Shown: positions 24,061 to 38,800 of the stretch, one piece after another
Numbering within the stretch: position 1 is the stretch's first letter
Layout of the letters: every line of letters begins with the position of its first letter
NCBI RefSeq assembly: GCF_009914755.1
Contig: NC_060936.1
Strand: one strand, 5' to 3'
DNA length: 64,000 bases
Source: the human T2T-CHM13v2.0 reference genome, Homo sapiens
Made by a program: the position numbers and the translations under genes
Notes under the pieces: model-generated
What the model saw: the letters and a program-made list of their open reading frames with translations, nothing else
Told to the model about the DNA's origin: nothing
Databases searched by the model: none

Positions 24061-26055
24061 TTTTGATACGTACAACTATCTTGGGAGATGGGATATTGTT
24101 ATTATTTCCACATTTACAGGTGAGGTCCTGTGGTTCATCAATCTTTGTGTTTTATTCAAGATTATGTAAGCAGTAAGGGATGAAATCAGGCTGAGAACCC
24201 AAATTTCTTCATCCCTAAACAAAGTATTTCTTCTAAACATGGTATCCATTTACTAGTTTATCTCTATCAGGTGACCCTTTATTCATTATTTTTCATGAGA
24301 AGGTTGTAGTTGTACAAAGTGGCTGATATCTGATAATGTTTTAATCTAATTCAAAGTCGATTTCTTAAATCCAGGTGTCAGAGTAGCACACTACTGTACA
24401 ATTCTCTGTTTCATGTTTTACAATTTACCACAGTCAAGTTACAACTTGCACATGTTACATTAAAATGTGAATTCACCTTAATTTCTTGAAATGAGCCAGA
24501 AGAAGAAGTGGTTTTGTTTTGTGATCAGGGAAATGCTACTTGACTGCCAAATTGTCTAGAACAGCACATTAAAGTTGCTTGATTTTATACTGTTAAAATT
24601 AAATAAAACATGGCAACTGTCATGTCATATGTAACTTTTGTATTATTCTGTAACTTTTTTTGAAAATAAAAAGTGATCAAATTGATCTTCAGGTAAAGAA
24701 TCTTTTTTCTCTTGATTATCTCTTAGTGGATGATGATTTGTTCCATTTAATGGGTAGAGAATTTATTGTTGCTGTTATTGTTTCAAAAGTAGCTGAATGA
24801 AACTCTTAACTTTTTCTTCATAGTTAAAATTAAAACCTCAAGTAAATAAATATTTAACGTTTTGCCAAACTATGTAATCTAATTATGGGCTTAATGCATT
24901 TAAAGGCTTTGTATAATTTGCTACGTATTTTCACACAAGTTACCTGAACATAAGTCCAGTCTTCCTGCTGTTTTCTGAGTCACACAGTGATTCAGTGACC
25001 GAACAGCTGTTGGCAGTGGTGTGGGTATAATAGGGAAAAGAGACTGATGGGGACAACCCAAGTTTAGACAAGCTGGTAAAAGTAGAAGAAAATCTTCTTG
25101 AAAACACTAGTGATCACTAAGGGCTGTGGAGAATTTTTGCTTGGTGGGTGAATGTGGAAGAGGCAACAGCATGGGAAGGTGTTGGTAAAGGAGCTCCATA
25201 CTTGCTTAAACTGCCTTTTGATTGTGAGGCCGTTGATGAATATTTAGTTTGGGCTTTAGGTTTTTTATGATACAGGATATTTTCCATTTCTGGCTTTGTA
25301 TCTCAGAGATCACTTAGTTACACTTATAGATGAATAGGAGTTTCAATTCCTTGTTTTAGAAAGAAGCTTGGTAACTGTTAGTGAGTTACAAATAAGCCAA
25401 ATAGAAGAAGGTACATATTTCTGCAGTATCAGGTAAAGTTTTTCCTCATAAGGATTTAGACTCTTGGATATCATATTAATTCTCAGAAGAGTGGGTATAA
25501 AAAGGTATGGGACTTCTTCCTGGGGTGGGTTGGAGGTGGTGAAATACCTTTTTTTTTTTTTTTCTGAGATCATCATAGACAAGATCAAATAATGGTAAAC
25601 ATGCCAATGAATTTTCTAAGCACTATTCCTTTAAGTGAAAGAAGAGTGTTTCAGTAAAATGATTTAATATTGGGTCTTCCAAAAGATGGATTTAAGAGTT
25701 TCAACTTTAAAAGACAGAAAAATTAAGTTATTTTACACAATGAATATTGTCGTGCCGTGTGTCACAGACATGACATGAGAGGGAATCAGAGAACATACAG
25801 TTAATACAACGCAAACTAGTATCATTACTTTTGCTCAATCACTTCCATTGTCTAAGTAAGATAATTAAAGGACAGCATAAAATAAAATTTCAAAACTTTA
25901 CTCAATCATATTAAGCTATTTTAATTAAAGTAAATGTTTTAATGCCATTGAATATTCATCACCATTCAAAATTATTGATGTAAATAGTGTTATATGTTAA
26001 AGGTAATTTAACTTCCATGGATGAGAATTCAGCTAATGTTTCACTTAACTTTTAG

Positions 26056-26175
26056 GTAATTTTTTCAATATCCTGGTATTAAACGAAGTCCATGAGTTTG
26101 TGGTGAAAGCTGTGCAGCAGTACCCAGAGAATGCAGCATTGCAGATCTCAGCGCTCAGCTGTTTGGCCCTCCTCA
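26056..26175 (+). CDS. LRRK2: LRRK2 exon 8 (120 nt)
   Basis: ttttag| GNFFNILVLNEVHEFVVKAVQQYPENAALQISALSCLALL |gtaagt. Confidence 0.98.
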
Positions 26176-26439
26176 GTAAGTAACTTCACTAAAAAGGGGA
26201 TTCTTACAGAGGCATTTGACATCAAATATGAACATTGTAACAAGAGAATCATATGTACAGATGGAAGCATTCAATGCCTTTTCTGTCCTGTGTAGCTCAT
26301 TTTCCAGTAGAGGATACTTTCAAGGAAACTAACAGTTGTGACAAATATACACATCTCAATGTAGAGTTTTGCTTTACATCATTCTTGATTTAGCTTTGTC
26401 ATTAAGCAGCTAATCTGTTTTAAAAAAATTTTTATTTGT

Positions 26440-27197
<758 letters not shown>

Positions 27198-27461
27198 AAT
27201 CTTTTCAAATAATCCTCCTCTCGTCTATTAGGTTTTTTTTTTTTTTGGTACCTTCTTCCTCATTTTATTATTTATCTGGATAGGATGGTAGCATTATGAG
27301 ATGTATAATATATTAAAAATTATCTTTATAATTGACCAAGGCTTCTCCTAAAGCACACCTCATTCTGTTGGTAATATTTCAAAATATGGACTTAGAGTTG
27401 GTCAAACTGTTAAGTAGATAATATATATAATGTTTTTATATATTTTTCAATTTTTTTCAAG

Positions 27462-27604
27462 CTGAGACTATTTTCTTAAATCAAGATTTAGAGGAAAAGA
27501 ATGAGAATCAAGAGAATGATGATGAGGGGGAAGAAGATAAATTGTTTTGGCTGGAAGCCTGTTACAAAGCATTAACGTGGCATAGAAAGAACAAGCACGT
27601 GCAG
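27462..27604 (+). CDS. LRRK2: LRRK2 exon 9 (143 nt; includes acidic loop)
   Basis: ttttcaag| TETIFLNQDLEEKNENQENDDEGEEDKLFWLEACYKALTWHRKNKHVQ |gtagga. Confidence 0.98.
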
Positions 27605-27694
27605 GTAGGACTCTCATAAATATTAGAGTTATTCAAAATTATGTTTTCCAGTCATTTATATTTTGACAGATTTCTTTTTTCTCCCCTAATCCAG

Positions 27695-27774
27695 GAGGCC
27701 GCATGCTGGGCACTAAATAATCTCCTTATGTACCAAAACAGTTTACATGAGAAGATTGGAGATGAAGATGGCCA
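27695..27774 (+). CDS. LRRK2: LRRK2 exon 10 (80 nt)
   Basis: atccag| EAACWALNNLLMYQNSLHEKIGDEDG |gttagt; intron 9 is 90 nt. Confidence 0.98.
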
Positions 27775-29139
27775 GTTAGTAGTTTTGATTTTATATGATA
27801 GAAAATTTCAGTTATATTTTAAATCAATACCTATAAAATACCTTAACCGTAACTTTTATTGTTAGAAATATTTTTGATATAGGCATTTAGTTTTAGATGT
27901 TGCTGCAAAATAGTAGTAGGTATGTAGTATTTTGATCTCATCACCTTCAGGAGTTAGAAAAGGTAGAATGAGAGTTATTATTGAGAGATTTGGAATCAAG
28001 GGTCATTTGGTAATTCATGAATCATGGAGAAAGAATCTTTCTATTTTCTGGCTGATCGTTTTAAAATGCCATATTAATTCATCTTGGGTGATAGAAATTG
28101 CAGAGCCATCTGTGATCTTTTCTTCTATGGTGACTAGCCAGCAGGTTGTCAATATCAGAAATTAGATTTGGTTAGAGAGCTTCCTATGATGAGTTCCCAT
28201 CTGATGTGACAGAGTTGACCTGTCTTCTTTCGAGAGGGTTATTTGAAGCTGTCATCTCTGGATAACTCTTTCAATAGGAGTGCCATTCAAACATCATAAG
28301 ACCGGCACTCTCTCCCAAAGATACAAGCTGTAGCAAGGAGTTTTGTGCATATCAGGTTTGTTTCATATCCGTGAGCCTTTGTGTTTTATGGCAACTGATT
28401 GATTATACTTGTGCTATTTGCAATGGGTATCCTCTGGGTTTTAAATAGTGAATGACTTATTTTGGAAACAAATAGTAGTATTCTATGTCTGAAATCTTGA
28501 CCGTCTATTTGTTTAATTATCTATTGCTGATAAGAAGGGAATTAATAACACAGATGCTACTTAATTAAATATTTTCATTTTGACAAGAAACAGTAATTCT
28601 TTTGAAAACTATGCTAAATTGGCATCTTAATAATCTCATGTTGAGCAAGGCTTTTGGAGATTAGGGTAAGGGAGATTCATGTCGCAGTTTATAAATTTCA
28701 GTTCATAGGATACCTATTTTTCAATATCCATAAGATAACTTTAAAATAAATATATTATTAAAACAAAGAAAATATATTTACGTTATACATCTTTAAAACC
28801 TACCTTGCTTCTTTACAATTTTCAGTTTTTCCTCTCTTGTTTCCATTCTCTTCTCCTCACTTTACCTTTTTCCTCAGCATCTCTTTACATATCTGCTGAG
28901 CTTTTTTATTTCTCTCTGCTGCATATGCTTTTGAAAAAGCATAAAAATACTAATTTGTTAGGATTTAATTAATTCGAGTCTTAAAAAATGAACTATAATT
29001 CACTCTTGTAAGTGGAGGTGGCATGAAATATTGTTTATATGCTCTTAATTGTTGTTAGAGATATTTGATAATGGCAAGTGAGAATTTGAGATAGTTATTT
29101 AAAAGATTACTACTAACATTTTGTTTGAATTTTTGAAAG

Positions 29140-29246
29140 TTTCCCAGCTCATAGGGAAGTGATGCTCTCCATGCTGATGCATTCTTCATCAAAGGAAGTT
29201 TTCCAGGCATCTGCGAATGCATTGTCAACTCTCTTAGAACAAAATG
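29140..29246 (+). CDS. LRRK2: LRRK2 exon 11 (107 nt)
   Basis: gaaag| FPAHREVMLSMLMHSSSKEVFQASANALSTLLEQN |gtaagc; TACTAAC at 29111-29117. Confidence 0.97.
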
Positions 29247-29604
29247 GTAAGCAGTGGGCCATGTTTTCAAATAAAGGGAAACACATTTTTGTGGTATTTT
29301 TAATTATAGAAGCTATATACTGTGAAAAATTTACATAATTTATAAAGCTATATATTGTGAAAGATATCTCTATGTATAGAGATGTATTGACATATGGATT
29401 ATGAATATATAGGTAAAAGGATGAAGAATAAAATAAACATTTGTTGTATATTTTTCCGGACTTCTATGTGTAAACTCACACATGACATATACAAAATTTT
29501 ATGTATTTTGTAGAAATGGGATCATATTATACTCTTTTATAACCAAATTTTATTTATTCTCTTTTTTATGTTGATACATGTGTATTCTCACATTATCATT
29601 TTAT

Positions 29605-29907
29605 TTTTAATTTTTTAAATTAATTTTTGTTTTTAGATATGGTCTCACTCTGTCACCTAGGCTGGAGTGCAGTACCATGATCATGGCTCACTACAACCTC
29701 AAACTTTTGGACTCAGGTGATGCTCCCACCTCAGCTTCCTGAGTATCTGGGACTACAGGCATGCACTGCCATACCTGGCTAATTTTTTGCAGAGATGGTG
29801 TTTTGCCATATTGCCCAGGCTGGTCTCGAATTCCTGGGCTCAAGCAATCCATCTGCCTTGGCCTCCCAAGTGCTGGGATTACAGGCATGAACCACTGTGC
29901 CCGGCCC
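29605..29907 (-). mobile_element. Alu (AluJ-like)
   Basis: ggtctcactctgtcacctaggctggagtgcagt...ctgggattacaggcatgaaccactgtgcccggcc. Confidence 0.92.
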
Positions 29908-31775
29908 AAATTATAATTTTTAATAGCTTTGTAGTTTTTCAGTGCTTGCCTGTATTCTGTTTTATGAACCAATTTCTTACTGATGAAGTTTTAGTTTGTG
30001 TCCAGTGGGATGTTTCTGGAACCCATAGTAAACACCAGTGATCACTTTCCTCCTCTGTTTTCCTTTATACATGGTTCCTATTATTTTCTTGGGAAAATTT
30101 CATAGAAATGCAACTGGGTAGAGAGCTATTCACCATTTTAAAATCTGGTAAAATTGTCTATTATAAATTTCCACACTATACTTTTTTAAAAAATCGTTCT
30201 TTAATGTAATTCTTATAAATCTTATAGCTTTGTATAATTATGAAGAGAAAAATGGCTTGTATCCCTTTAGAAAGACATGAGTTTTAAGATTATGGTTCAG
30301 GCTGCTCAAATTTCTTCCCCCATAAACAGGAATACTGCCAGAAATCCTTAGGTGAAAACTCATCATAAAGGCATTGGGACTTGGCAGCTTTTGCAGGACA
30401 TTTTTAGAGGGCAAAAAATAGAGAAAAACACTGAAAGTCAGAGACAGAGACCAGTGTAAGCATCAGCTTTTAATAGAGAAACTGGGTAGGGTGGAAAAAA
30501 AATAAAGCAACCACCTCATGCATGTTTCTTTATATTATTATTGAAGTCAAATAAAGAGGAAAATCATTTCTTCTTCCTCTTCCTCCTTTTTCATCTCACC
30601 TCTCCAATGGCACTTTAATAAAACGCTTGGAGTGGCCAGGGCACTGACAGACAGACAGGGGCTGCTCTCAAGGATAATGAGTCAAAGGGGAAGGAGAGGG
30701 AATCGCTGTTCTCGAATCTCTCTTATTCTACTGTGCAGTTAAAGAGGTCTGGACAGGGATTTCACTCCTGAAAATGAGGACTGGACTTTGTGGCTTCTGT
30801 TGGGGCACCTTTAGAGTGGAGGTAGACTTTTACTATGTACAGACAACATTGTGTTGGTGACATCATTCATAACCACCTGGAAATCTCCTTTGATATGCAA
30901 ATCAAACAACCATAACTTTGTGAAATTTCGACTGCTTCCTATTGTGGTGTCTGAGGACTGGTTACATTCAGAGTCCACCCTGATGTCTTTGTTCAGTTTT
31001 CTGCTCTTTCTAGTTCCTTACTTCTTTGTTCCTGATCACCTGTCAAGTAAAATGTCCTCAGATCCTTTTGTATTGTCTTTGGAGTTCTGCCTTAATAAAG
31101 CATGAAGAACTTGAGTAGCTCGTTCATCAACTTTCTTGGGCAATTTCTCATTGAAAGACACTTGGGTGTCTTTGGGTGTGCAGAGCTGAGCATGGCTTTA
31201 TGTTTTTAGAAAAAATGGCTACATTGGCAGGCAGAAGAACTGCGTCCTTGGAATCATGGAGGTCCCAAGGTTGCATACATTTTGTGTGACATTTTTCCTA
31301 TTCAATTAATTAACTAATATTTATTGAGCTCCCAAGTGTGTAGTGTCTGTAGGCACTTGGGATGCATTCATTAAGTAAAAATCCCAGGCTCATGGAGTTT
31401 AAACTGTAGTAGGGAAGATAATAAGATTAACTAAAATATGTAATATTTGAGGCAGTTAAGAATAAAAAATGAAGCAAGGAAGGAGAATATGATATGTTAG
31501 ACATCAGAGGAGATGAAGTTGTGAATAGGCAGCCAGGAAAGAAGGTGACTATTGAGTAAGACCTGCAGGGCGTCGCATATTGTTTTTTGCCTCTGAAAGC
31601 AGTTAATTTCCTGTTAAAATGGAGTGGATGAGATCAAGAGTATTACGTAGATAGCTGGTAAATGCGATAGTGTGTAAAATGTTCTATAAAGTCTAACGTG
31701 ACTTTATGATGAAATTTCTTCTTCTAGGTTTATTGCTTGCAATTTTCAAATCACACATTGGGTTACTGTCTAGGA

Positions 31776-31960
31776 TAGTGATTCTTAAAGTGTGGTTCCT
31801 GGACCAGCAGCATTTGCTGGGGGAACTTGATAAACAGTGTAAATTCAAGGACCCCATACAGACCTTCTCAATCACAAACCCTGGAGTTGAGACCCAGCAA
31901 TCCATGTTTTAACAAGCTCTCCAGGTGATTCTGATGCACACTAAAGTTTGAGAACCACTA
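31776..31960. mobile_element. MER5A-like hAT-Charlie MITE
   Basis: Terminal inverted repeats tagtgattcttaaa / tttgagaaccacta; internal ttttaacaagctctccaggtgattctgatgcac. Confidence 0.85.
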
Positions 31961-32363
31961 ACCCAGTGTCATTTTTGTCTTTTAAAGTGTCTTCTTGGCT
32001 AGAAGCTAGCCACTTTGGGAAAGGTTATTACAACTTCTGATGTGATCAAGCAAAGTAACCAACTCTTTATTGTATCTTAATATGTGATATTCTGAATGTG
32101 TTTAAAAGGTATGAGTTTTTCAGGCTCTGGCAGTATTTTAGAATGTGTATGTGATTTCTATTTATTTCCATGTTTTGTCCTATCTTCTTAAGATAGACTA
32201 CTTATTTTAAAAGCAGTACTTAAGTTAAAACTTTTTATGTTTCTTTTTCTGCCACTTTCAAAGTGTTGAATCACAGTGTGTAATGTTGGAACTGATATTT
32301 TTATAGCGGCTTCAAAACAATTGATATTTATGTGGAAACTTGAAGACAGTAGGTTTATGTTTA

Positions 32364-32698
<335 letters not shown>

Positions 32699-33477
32699 GA
32701 GGAAAATTATTCCTTAATCATTATTGCTGGAATATAGTTACTTTCCACAAATAGTGAAGTGCCAGTTGTAAAGCATATCTATATGTTTCCTAGACTTTGG
32801 CATTACTTTGTGAAAATAACTGTAATTACTTATGTTCTATGTAAATGCTTTCCATTCATTTGTATATGATGGCATATATAGAAATTATAATGTTTGTAAA
32901 GTCCACTGGGATAAATGGACAAAGCAGCTGAAGGCTGAAAGCAACCAAGCCTTTTACAGCCCCTTCATTCCCCACACTCCCAAAAAGCTGAGTGAATGGT
33001 CGATACCTCCACATGCTTATAACTCATTCCCAGCCCACCAGTGTCTAGCATATCTGGTTAGTCTTAGCTTTATATAAGTGCAGTTATTTGTGAACTTGTT
33101 TTAAGTATTGGAATACAATTTAACTTTCATTCTTATTTTGGAGACCATTATTTAAACAGATTTCTTTTTTCCTGCAAAAACACTCTTTTCACAATGGACA
33201 GAGACACGGTGATTACATTAAAACCATCTACTCTATGAATAAAAATGTTAAAACCAAAATCCCAACAAAGGGTTAATAAAGGCAAAAAAAATTGGAAATG
33301 ACATGTGTTTTAAAGAAATAAACATGAATTATCTTTAAGCTGTCAATGAACTATAAATTATGTGTGCTCTTGTATATGCTTTCCTGTAAATTTGGACTAT
33401 ATTAATATTCTAAAGCTTATGGTAAAATTATGAAAATATGCTTTCATATCTATAAGTAACATTTTAAAAAATCTCAG

Positions 33478-33607
33478 TTAATTTCAGAAAAATACTGTTA
33501 TCAAAAGGAATACACCTGAATGTTTTGGAGTTAATGCAGAAGCATATACATTCTCCTGAAGTGGCTGAAAGTGGCTGTAAAATGCTAAATCATCTTTTTG
33601 AAGGAAG
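33478..33607 (+). CDS. LRRK2: LRRK2 exon 12 (130 nt)
   Basis: atctcag| VNFRKILLSKGIHLNVLELMQKHIHSPEVAESGCKMLNHLFEG |gtaata. Confidence 0.98.
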
Positions 33608-35299
33608 GTAATATAGATTCATTAACTTGTACAGAATATATCATATTGGGCCAGGTAGAATATCAATATTTCAAGCATATTTCTAACAATGAAAAGAAAA
33701 AGAAAAACATAAGACACTTGAAAACTGAAGCATTTTGCAATGTAATCTCGTGTCACTAGTACCATAGACTTACTTTATCTGAACACTGAAAGGAATGGCA
33801 AGATTGTGGAAACATGTTGAAGGTTTGCTTTTGAACCTGATGCTTGATGTTGACTATATTTTGAAAAGTGGTAATTGTATAGCACATAGCATACAGCAGT
33901 TTTTCTAATTATTGTGTGTGTGAAAGTTATAAAAGATAAAATCAGTTTATGGCTAAATTTTGCTCTTTCACAACGAATATATTATTCCTTCATCTGAATG
34001 AACTTTGTCTTCTCTTCCTGCTCTCAATCCTTAGTTAGGGAAAATTTTAACTACATCTAGTCCAAGTGCAGAGATGCTAAGATTATATAGCTGGCGGTTA
34101 GTGGCACAACAGAGACCATATCCTTTGATCTATGTGTGGATGGTGGTGGGGCAGGGTGGGATGAGGTGGGGGTGAGGGGTGGTAGGTGTGGGCAGAACTC
34201 TCATGTGTAAAAAAAATAATTGGCACAGAAGTTGCAGTGAAAACTAATTTTGTTCCTGGTTTTGCCACTAATTTGAGCCAACTGTTTCATCTCTAAAACT
34301 TCACGTTCCTCATTGATAAAGAGGAATGATAATAACAACTTTGAAAGTTGTAAGCTTAGAATGTAAGGATTAAATAAATTAATTTTTACAAAGGGATTAG
34401 GATAATGCCTGCTGCATTTTAAGCACTCAACAAATTGTGTCTATTGTTGTTATACTGTTACTAAGTGTGAATAAATGAAGTGCATATAGCATGAAATGTA
34501 GCGTAACTGCAGACTTGTAAGAAGTAGGGTTACACTGTTTTTAACATCAGTCTAACTAATCTATGTTTATATATCTTTCTAAGCTGTATTTCTCTTATTT
34601 AAGTGTTGTTTTTGAACACTGAGATGAAAAGTTTATCTTAAATGTTGATTTTAATGGGGCCGGAAGTGTGCAAACCTTTACAAATGAGGCAAAAACACAG
34701 CGGAATAAACTCCAGTCTAGGATTCTGTAGATTCTGGGCAAGGCATTTAATGTTTCTCGCTGCATGCTCTTACGTAAAATGTGTACAGTTGCAGCCCTGG
34801 AGATTCCGCATTGGCTCTGACAGTGTGTCTGCCCCTACAGAACTCATGTGAGTCGAGAGACTGATAAGTAAACAGATTATTATAATACAGTCTCAGAATG
34901 CAGTGGCAGTAGTGTGTAAAAGACGCAATGGTAAGAGTAGAGTGGACTCAGCTGGGGTTACCCAAGGAGGGGAGGCTCCAATGGAGGGATGTGTTTAAAC
35001 TGGGACTTTAAGTTGGAAAAGAAGGAATGTATCTCAGTGTCCACAGAACCATGCAAAGTGAGAACATGGTTCTGATATGCACAAGTTTCAGTTAACAAGC
35101 AAAGCAAGGATTGACTGTATTAAAGTTCATAGTACCTACTGCATTCTAGTCAAGTGACATTTGCTCATATGTAAAAGAAAGAATAGCTTAAATACCTGAG
35201 AGAAACCAAGACTGTAAAACAAATTAAAAATAATTAAAAATACCTTATAAGAAGTCCAGTGATGTTAATCTGGAAGAGGAAGGTTCGTGTGATGTAAAG

Positions 35300-35460
35300 A
35301 GGCCTTGTCTTGGGGTCAGACAAGTTTGGGTACCAGCCTTGTCTCTGTCACTTTCTAGTGATAAGACCTGAATATTTAACCTCTATCTGTCTAAGTTCTT
35401 CATGTAGAAAATGGGGATAATAACACCTACCTGCTGGGATTGTTGTTATTGACCCATCGT
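35300..35460 (+). mobile_element. MIR fragment
   Basis: tcagacaagtttggg...atttaacctct...catgtagaaaatggggataataacacctacc. Confidence 0.7.
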
Positions 35461-35709
35461 AGGTCAGAAGGATGTTGTTAGTTTTATGAAGTGAAATAAT
35501 TCCCGGATTACTATGAATTCTATCTTATGAGTTCAAAGTTTAGACAATTAAAATTATGTATGCTCATACTACTGATTTCAAATGCATTTTCATATAGTCT
35601 TTCCTGATAAAATATATTGGTTCTGCCCTCCTGTACTTATTTCAATTTGGTGTTTATACCATTGAATCAGATCAGTCTTTCAATAAGCATGCCAATTTTA
35701 TATCCCCAG

Positions 35710-35834
35710 CAACACTTCCCTGGATATAATGGCAGCAGTGGTCCCCAAAATACTAACAGTTATGAAACGTCATGAGACATCATTACCAGTGCAGCTGGAG
35801 GCGCTTCGAGCTATTTTACATTTTATAGTGCCTG
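35710..35834 (+). CDS. LRRK2: LRRK2 exon 13 (125 nt)
   Basis: ccccag| NTSLDIMAAVVPKILTVMKRHETSLPVQLEALRAILHFIVP |gtaagt. Confidence 0.98.
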
Positions 35835-38800
35835 GTAAGTTACATAGTTGATTGTGGGAAGAGATAACAATTTAAATGGATTTTTGATTTTTCATGAAAT
35901 AGCAATATTCTAGGCAAATATTAAAAGACTAGTTTCTGTCGACTAAATGTAAATCTTTCTGTTAAACCAAAAAGAGGTTAAATATGATGCAGAAGAGTCA
36001 CTTAGATTAATTTTTATAAGAAAGCAATATGAATTCAGTAATTTATTTATACAAAGTAACTACAATGTAAAATGTGGAGCTTTTATTTTTAAGGAGGGTG
36101 TTCATCTCTGATAATTCTTTTCTATTTTTGTTGCCATGACCTGAGTTCAAGCTTTTTTTCTCTTGTTTGAATTGTACTATTAGCTAATTTTCATACCTGT
36201 TCTCTTCCTTCATTTCTATCCTTTTCTTACTCTATGATTGAATTAATCTTTCTCCAATGTGGCTTGTACTCATTTACCTCAATGGCTTCCACCCTCCACC
36301 CACCTTTAATTGTTACTGACATCTGTTATCACCTTATTTGTTCTCCAAAGCCCCTTTAAAACACCTATGTCTGTATTCATCCAACACATTTATTAAGTGC
36401 TTCTTATGTTCTAAGTACTGTGATGCTGTTAAACTTTAAAAGATGAATTGGAAAAAAAGCACAACTGTACTATTATAGGAGCTTAGAGGTAGATGGAAGT
36501 GTAAATAGATAATTAACAGGCAGCGTGAGAGAGGCGATGATAGATGCATATATAAAAGGCTTTGAGAATATCGATGGAGGCACAAATAATTTCTTCAAAG
36601 GAGTAGGACAGAGATTGTAATATTTGAGGTGGAAGGGTAGATAGAGCTGGCCTGGTAGAAAGGCCAAGGAAGACATTTCAAGCAGAAGAAAGTGCACATG
36701 GTCGGGGGTGAGTGAGGCATGGAGGATAAGGAGAGGAGTGCTTGGGGATGAGTGTGGAAGGAAAGGCTGAGGCCCAAAGAAAAGGGCCTTGAATGCAGTG
36801 CTAAAAATTTTTTGCCTTTTAAAAATGGAAGCCAACCCAAGTTTATTAAAATTGTTTGCAGATTGTAGTGTCACACCGAAATTTGCAACTAAAGACAATA
36901 GCATTGTGGTGCAGAGGATGATAGACAGGGAGAGAGACTAGATACAAGGAGATTGGGTTGGAGGTCCATGGCAGTCAAGTGAGACCCAGTGAAGGGACCC
37001 AGCAATGGAAACACAGATGAGAGGGCAGATTGGACAGATGGTTGGGAGATCTGTTTGATGTGACATCGTGATCCCTAAGTATGAGGGATGATACTTTGTT
37101 CTGTGAAGTTCCCAATCTTTTGAAGTCATTTTTGCTTTGTTCTTTTAAAATGAAATCTTCCTAAATCTATCATTTTCTCTAGTTATATAGGTATTTTGTT
37201 TCTCTGTATAAGAGTATTACTCAATATAAAAGTTTTTTCAAGGACAGAGCTTTCTTCAGTCATTTTTTTCTGGGCCCCCCAGTCCTCTGGTGGCTATTCA
37301 ATCAGTATTTTAAAAATTGAATCATGGTGTCCTATTCATAGTTTCAGCTTAGTTTTGAGACGTAATGTAACAGATGTAATTTTACTTGAAAATATTATTG
37401 CATGTTTTATTGAATTTTATTTTTAGATTGTAATTAAAAACAATAAAAATGCCTTTTGATTATCCTTAAAGTTGACAGCCTTATTCTTTTGAGGGAGGTT
37501 TTGGGTTTTAAAGATAACCAAAGGACACTCAAAAACCGTTTCTGTTAGTTAATAAAATAATACTCTTTTAGTCCAAAAGCAAGTTTTGAATACAGTATTT
37601 CTTTTCTTTTATTGTTCTTAAACTGATCCTGAAGGAAAATTGTTAGTTAACAATCAATCAGATGTATTATGGGTGCCCTTGAAAATAATCACTTGAGGAC
37701 TGTACTTAATGTAAAAAAATACATTTTATAAGCATATCAGTATGTAAGTACATTCTTCTAGTAGGTAAAGGCTTAATCATTTACTGTATGCTAACATATT
37801 ATACTACCACAGTACACCATACTGTACTGTACCCAACGTAATGTACCATGCCGTGCAGTACCGTATCATTCTAGGTATCAACAAGTAACTATGGTAGCAA
37901 TACTCCAGTAGTTTTGAGGTTGAATATGATTCTGGTTTGAACATGTTAAGTTGAGGTTCTTATGAGATACCTAGGTGTACATGTATTCATTTATTAGCTA
38001 GATTATATTCAGGTTTTTTAGTGGCAAAGATGTACATTATGGCAAATGTGTATAATTTAGGGTCCAATTAAGGATAGCATATTGCATCTAGTGCATATAT
38101 CTTAAGTTTCTTTCAATCTATTACTGTACTTTTTCTCTTCTACTTTATAATAACTTGTTATATAGACATTGAGCTGGTTGCTTTAAGAAAATAATAATGA
38201 AGACCCAGTTACTTTAATAAAATATCATTTGACTTGTTTCTTGAGTTACTGCTAGTTTTAGAGGAAATAATGTGAAATTCTTTAAGAAGGGATATAGGCA
38301 AATTGGGAAGTATATAGAGGAGAGTGATTAGGGAGATAAAAGCACATCAAAAAGAGCAATAAGAGGAACTGAGATTGTTTTATTTGAAGAAGAGATGACT
38401 CAAAGGGATATGAAACTCTATTCAAATCTACTTACTTATAACCAGTAACAGTAATAATACCAAACAATATGGAGGACTTAAAAAGTATTAGGCATTGTTT
38501 GAAGTATTTTAAGTATATTATCTCTTCTGATTCTAACAGCACTCCATGAGGCAGATATTATTATTATTATTATTTTGGTATTGTATGGACTACAAAACTG
38601 AGGCATAGAATTGTAGAGATTTTTAAGGTCAGGCCTGATATAACAGCACCAGATTTTCAGCTTATGCAGGCTGACTCCAGAGTAGGCATTTTAAAATAAA
38701 TATTTGTGCAACAATCTTGTCCTGAACAACTGTTGTATTTAAAGCACTATGTCTAGAATCCTTAAGGTATCGGGAGATGATGAGATTATGGATACTGCTC

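Noticed and set aside
37798-37870. Degenerate 5-bp-period repeat (TACTG/TACCA-like)
   Set aside because: Looks like a decayed microsatellite with no further structure.
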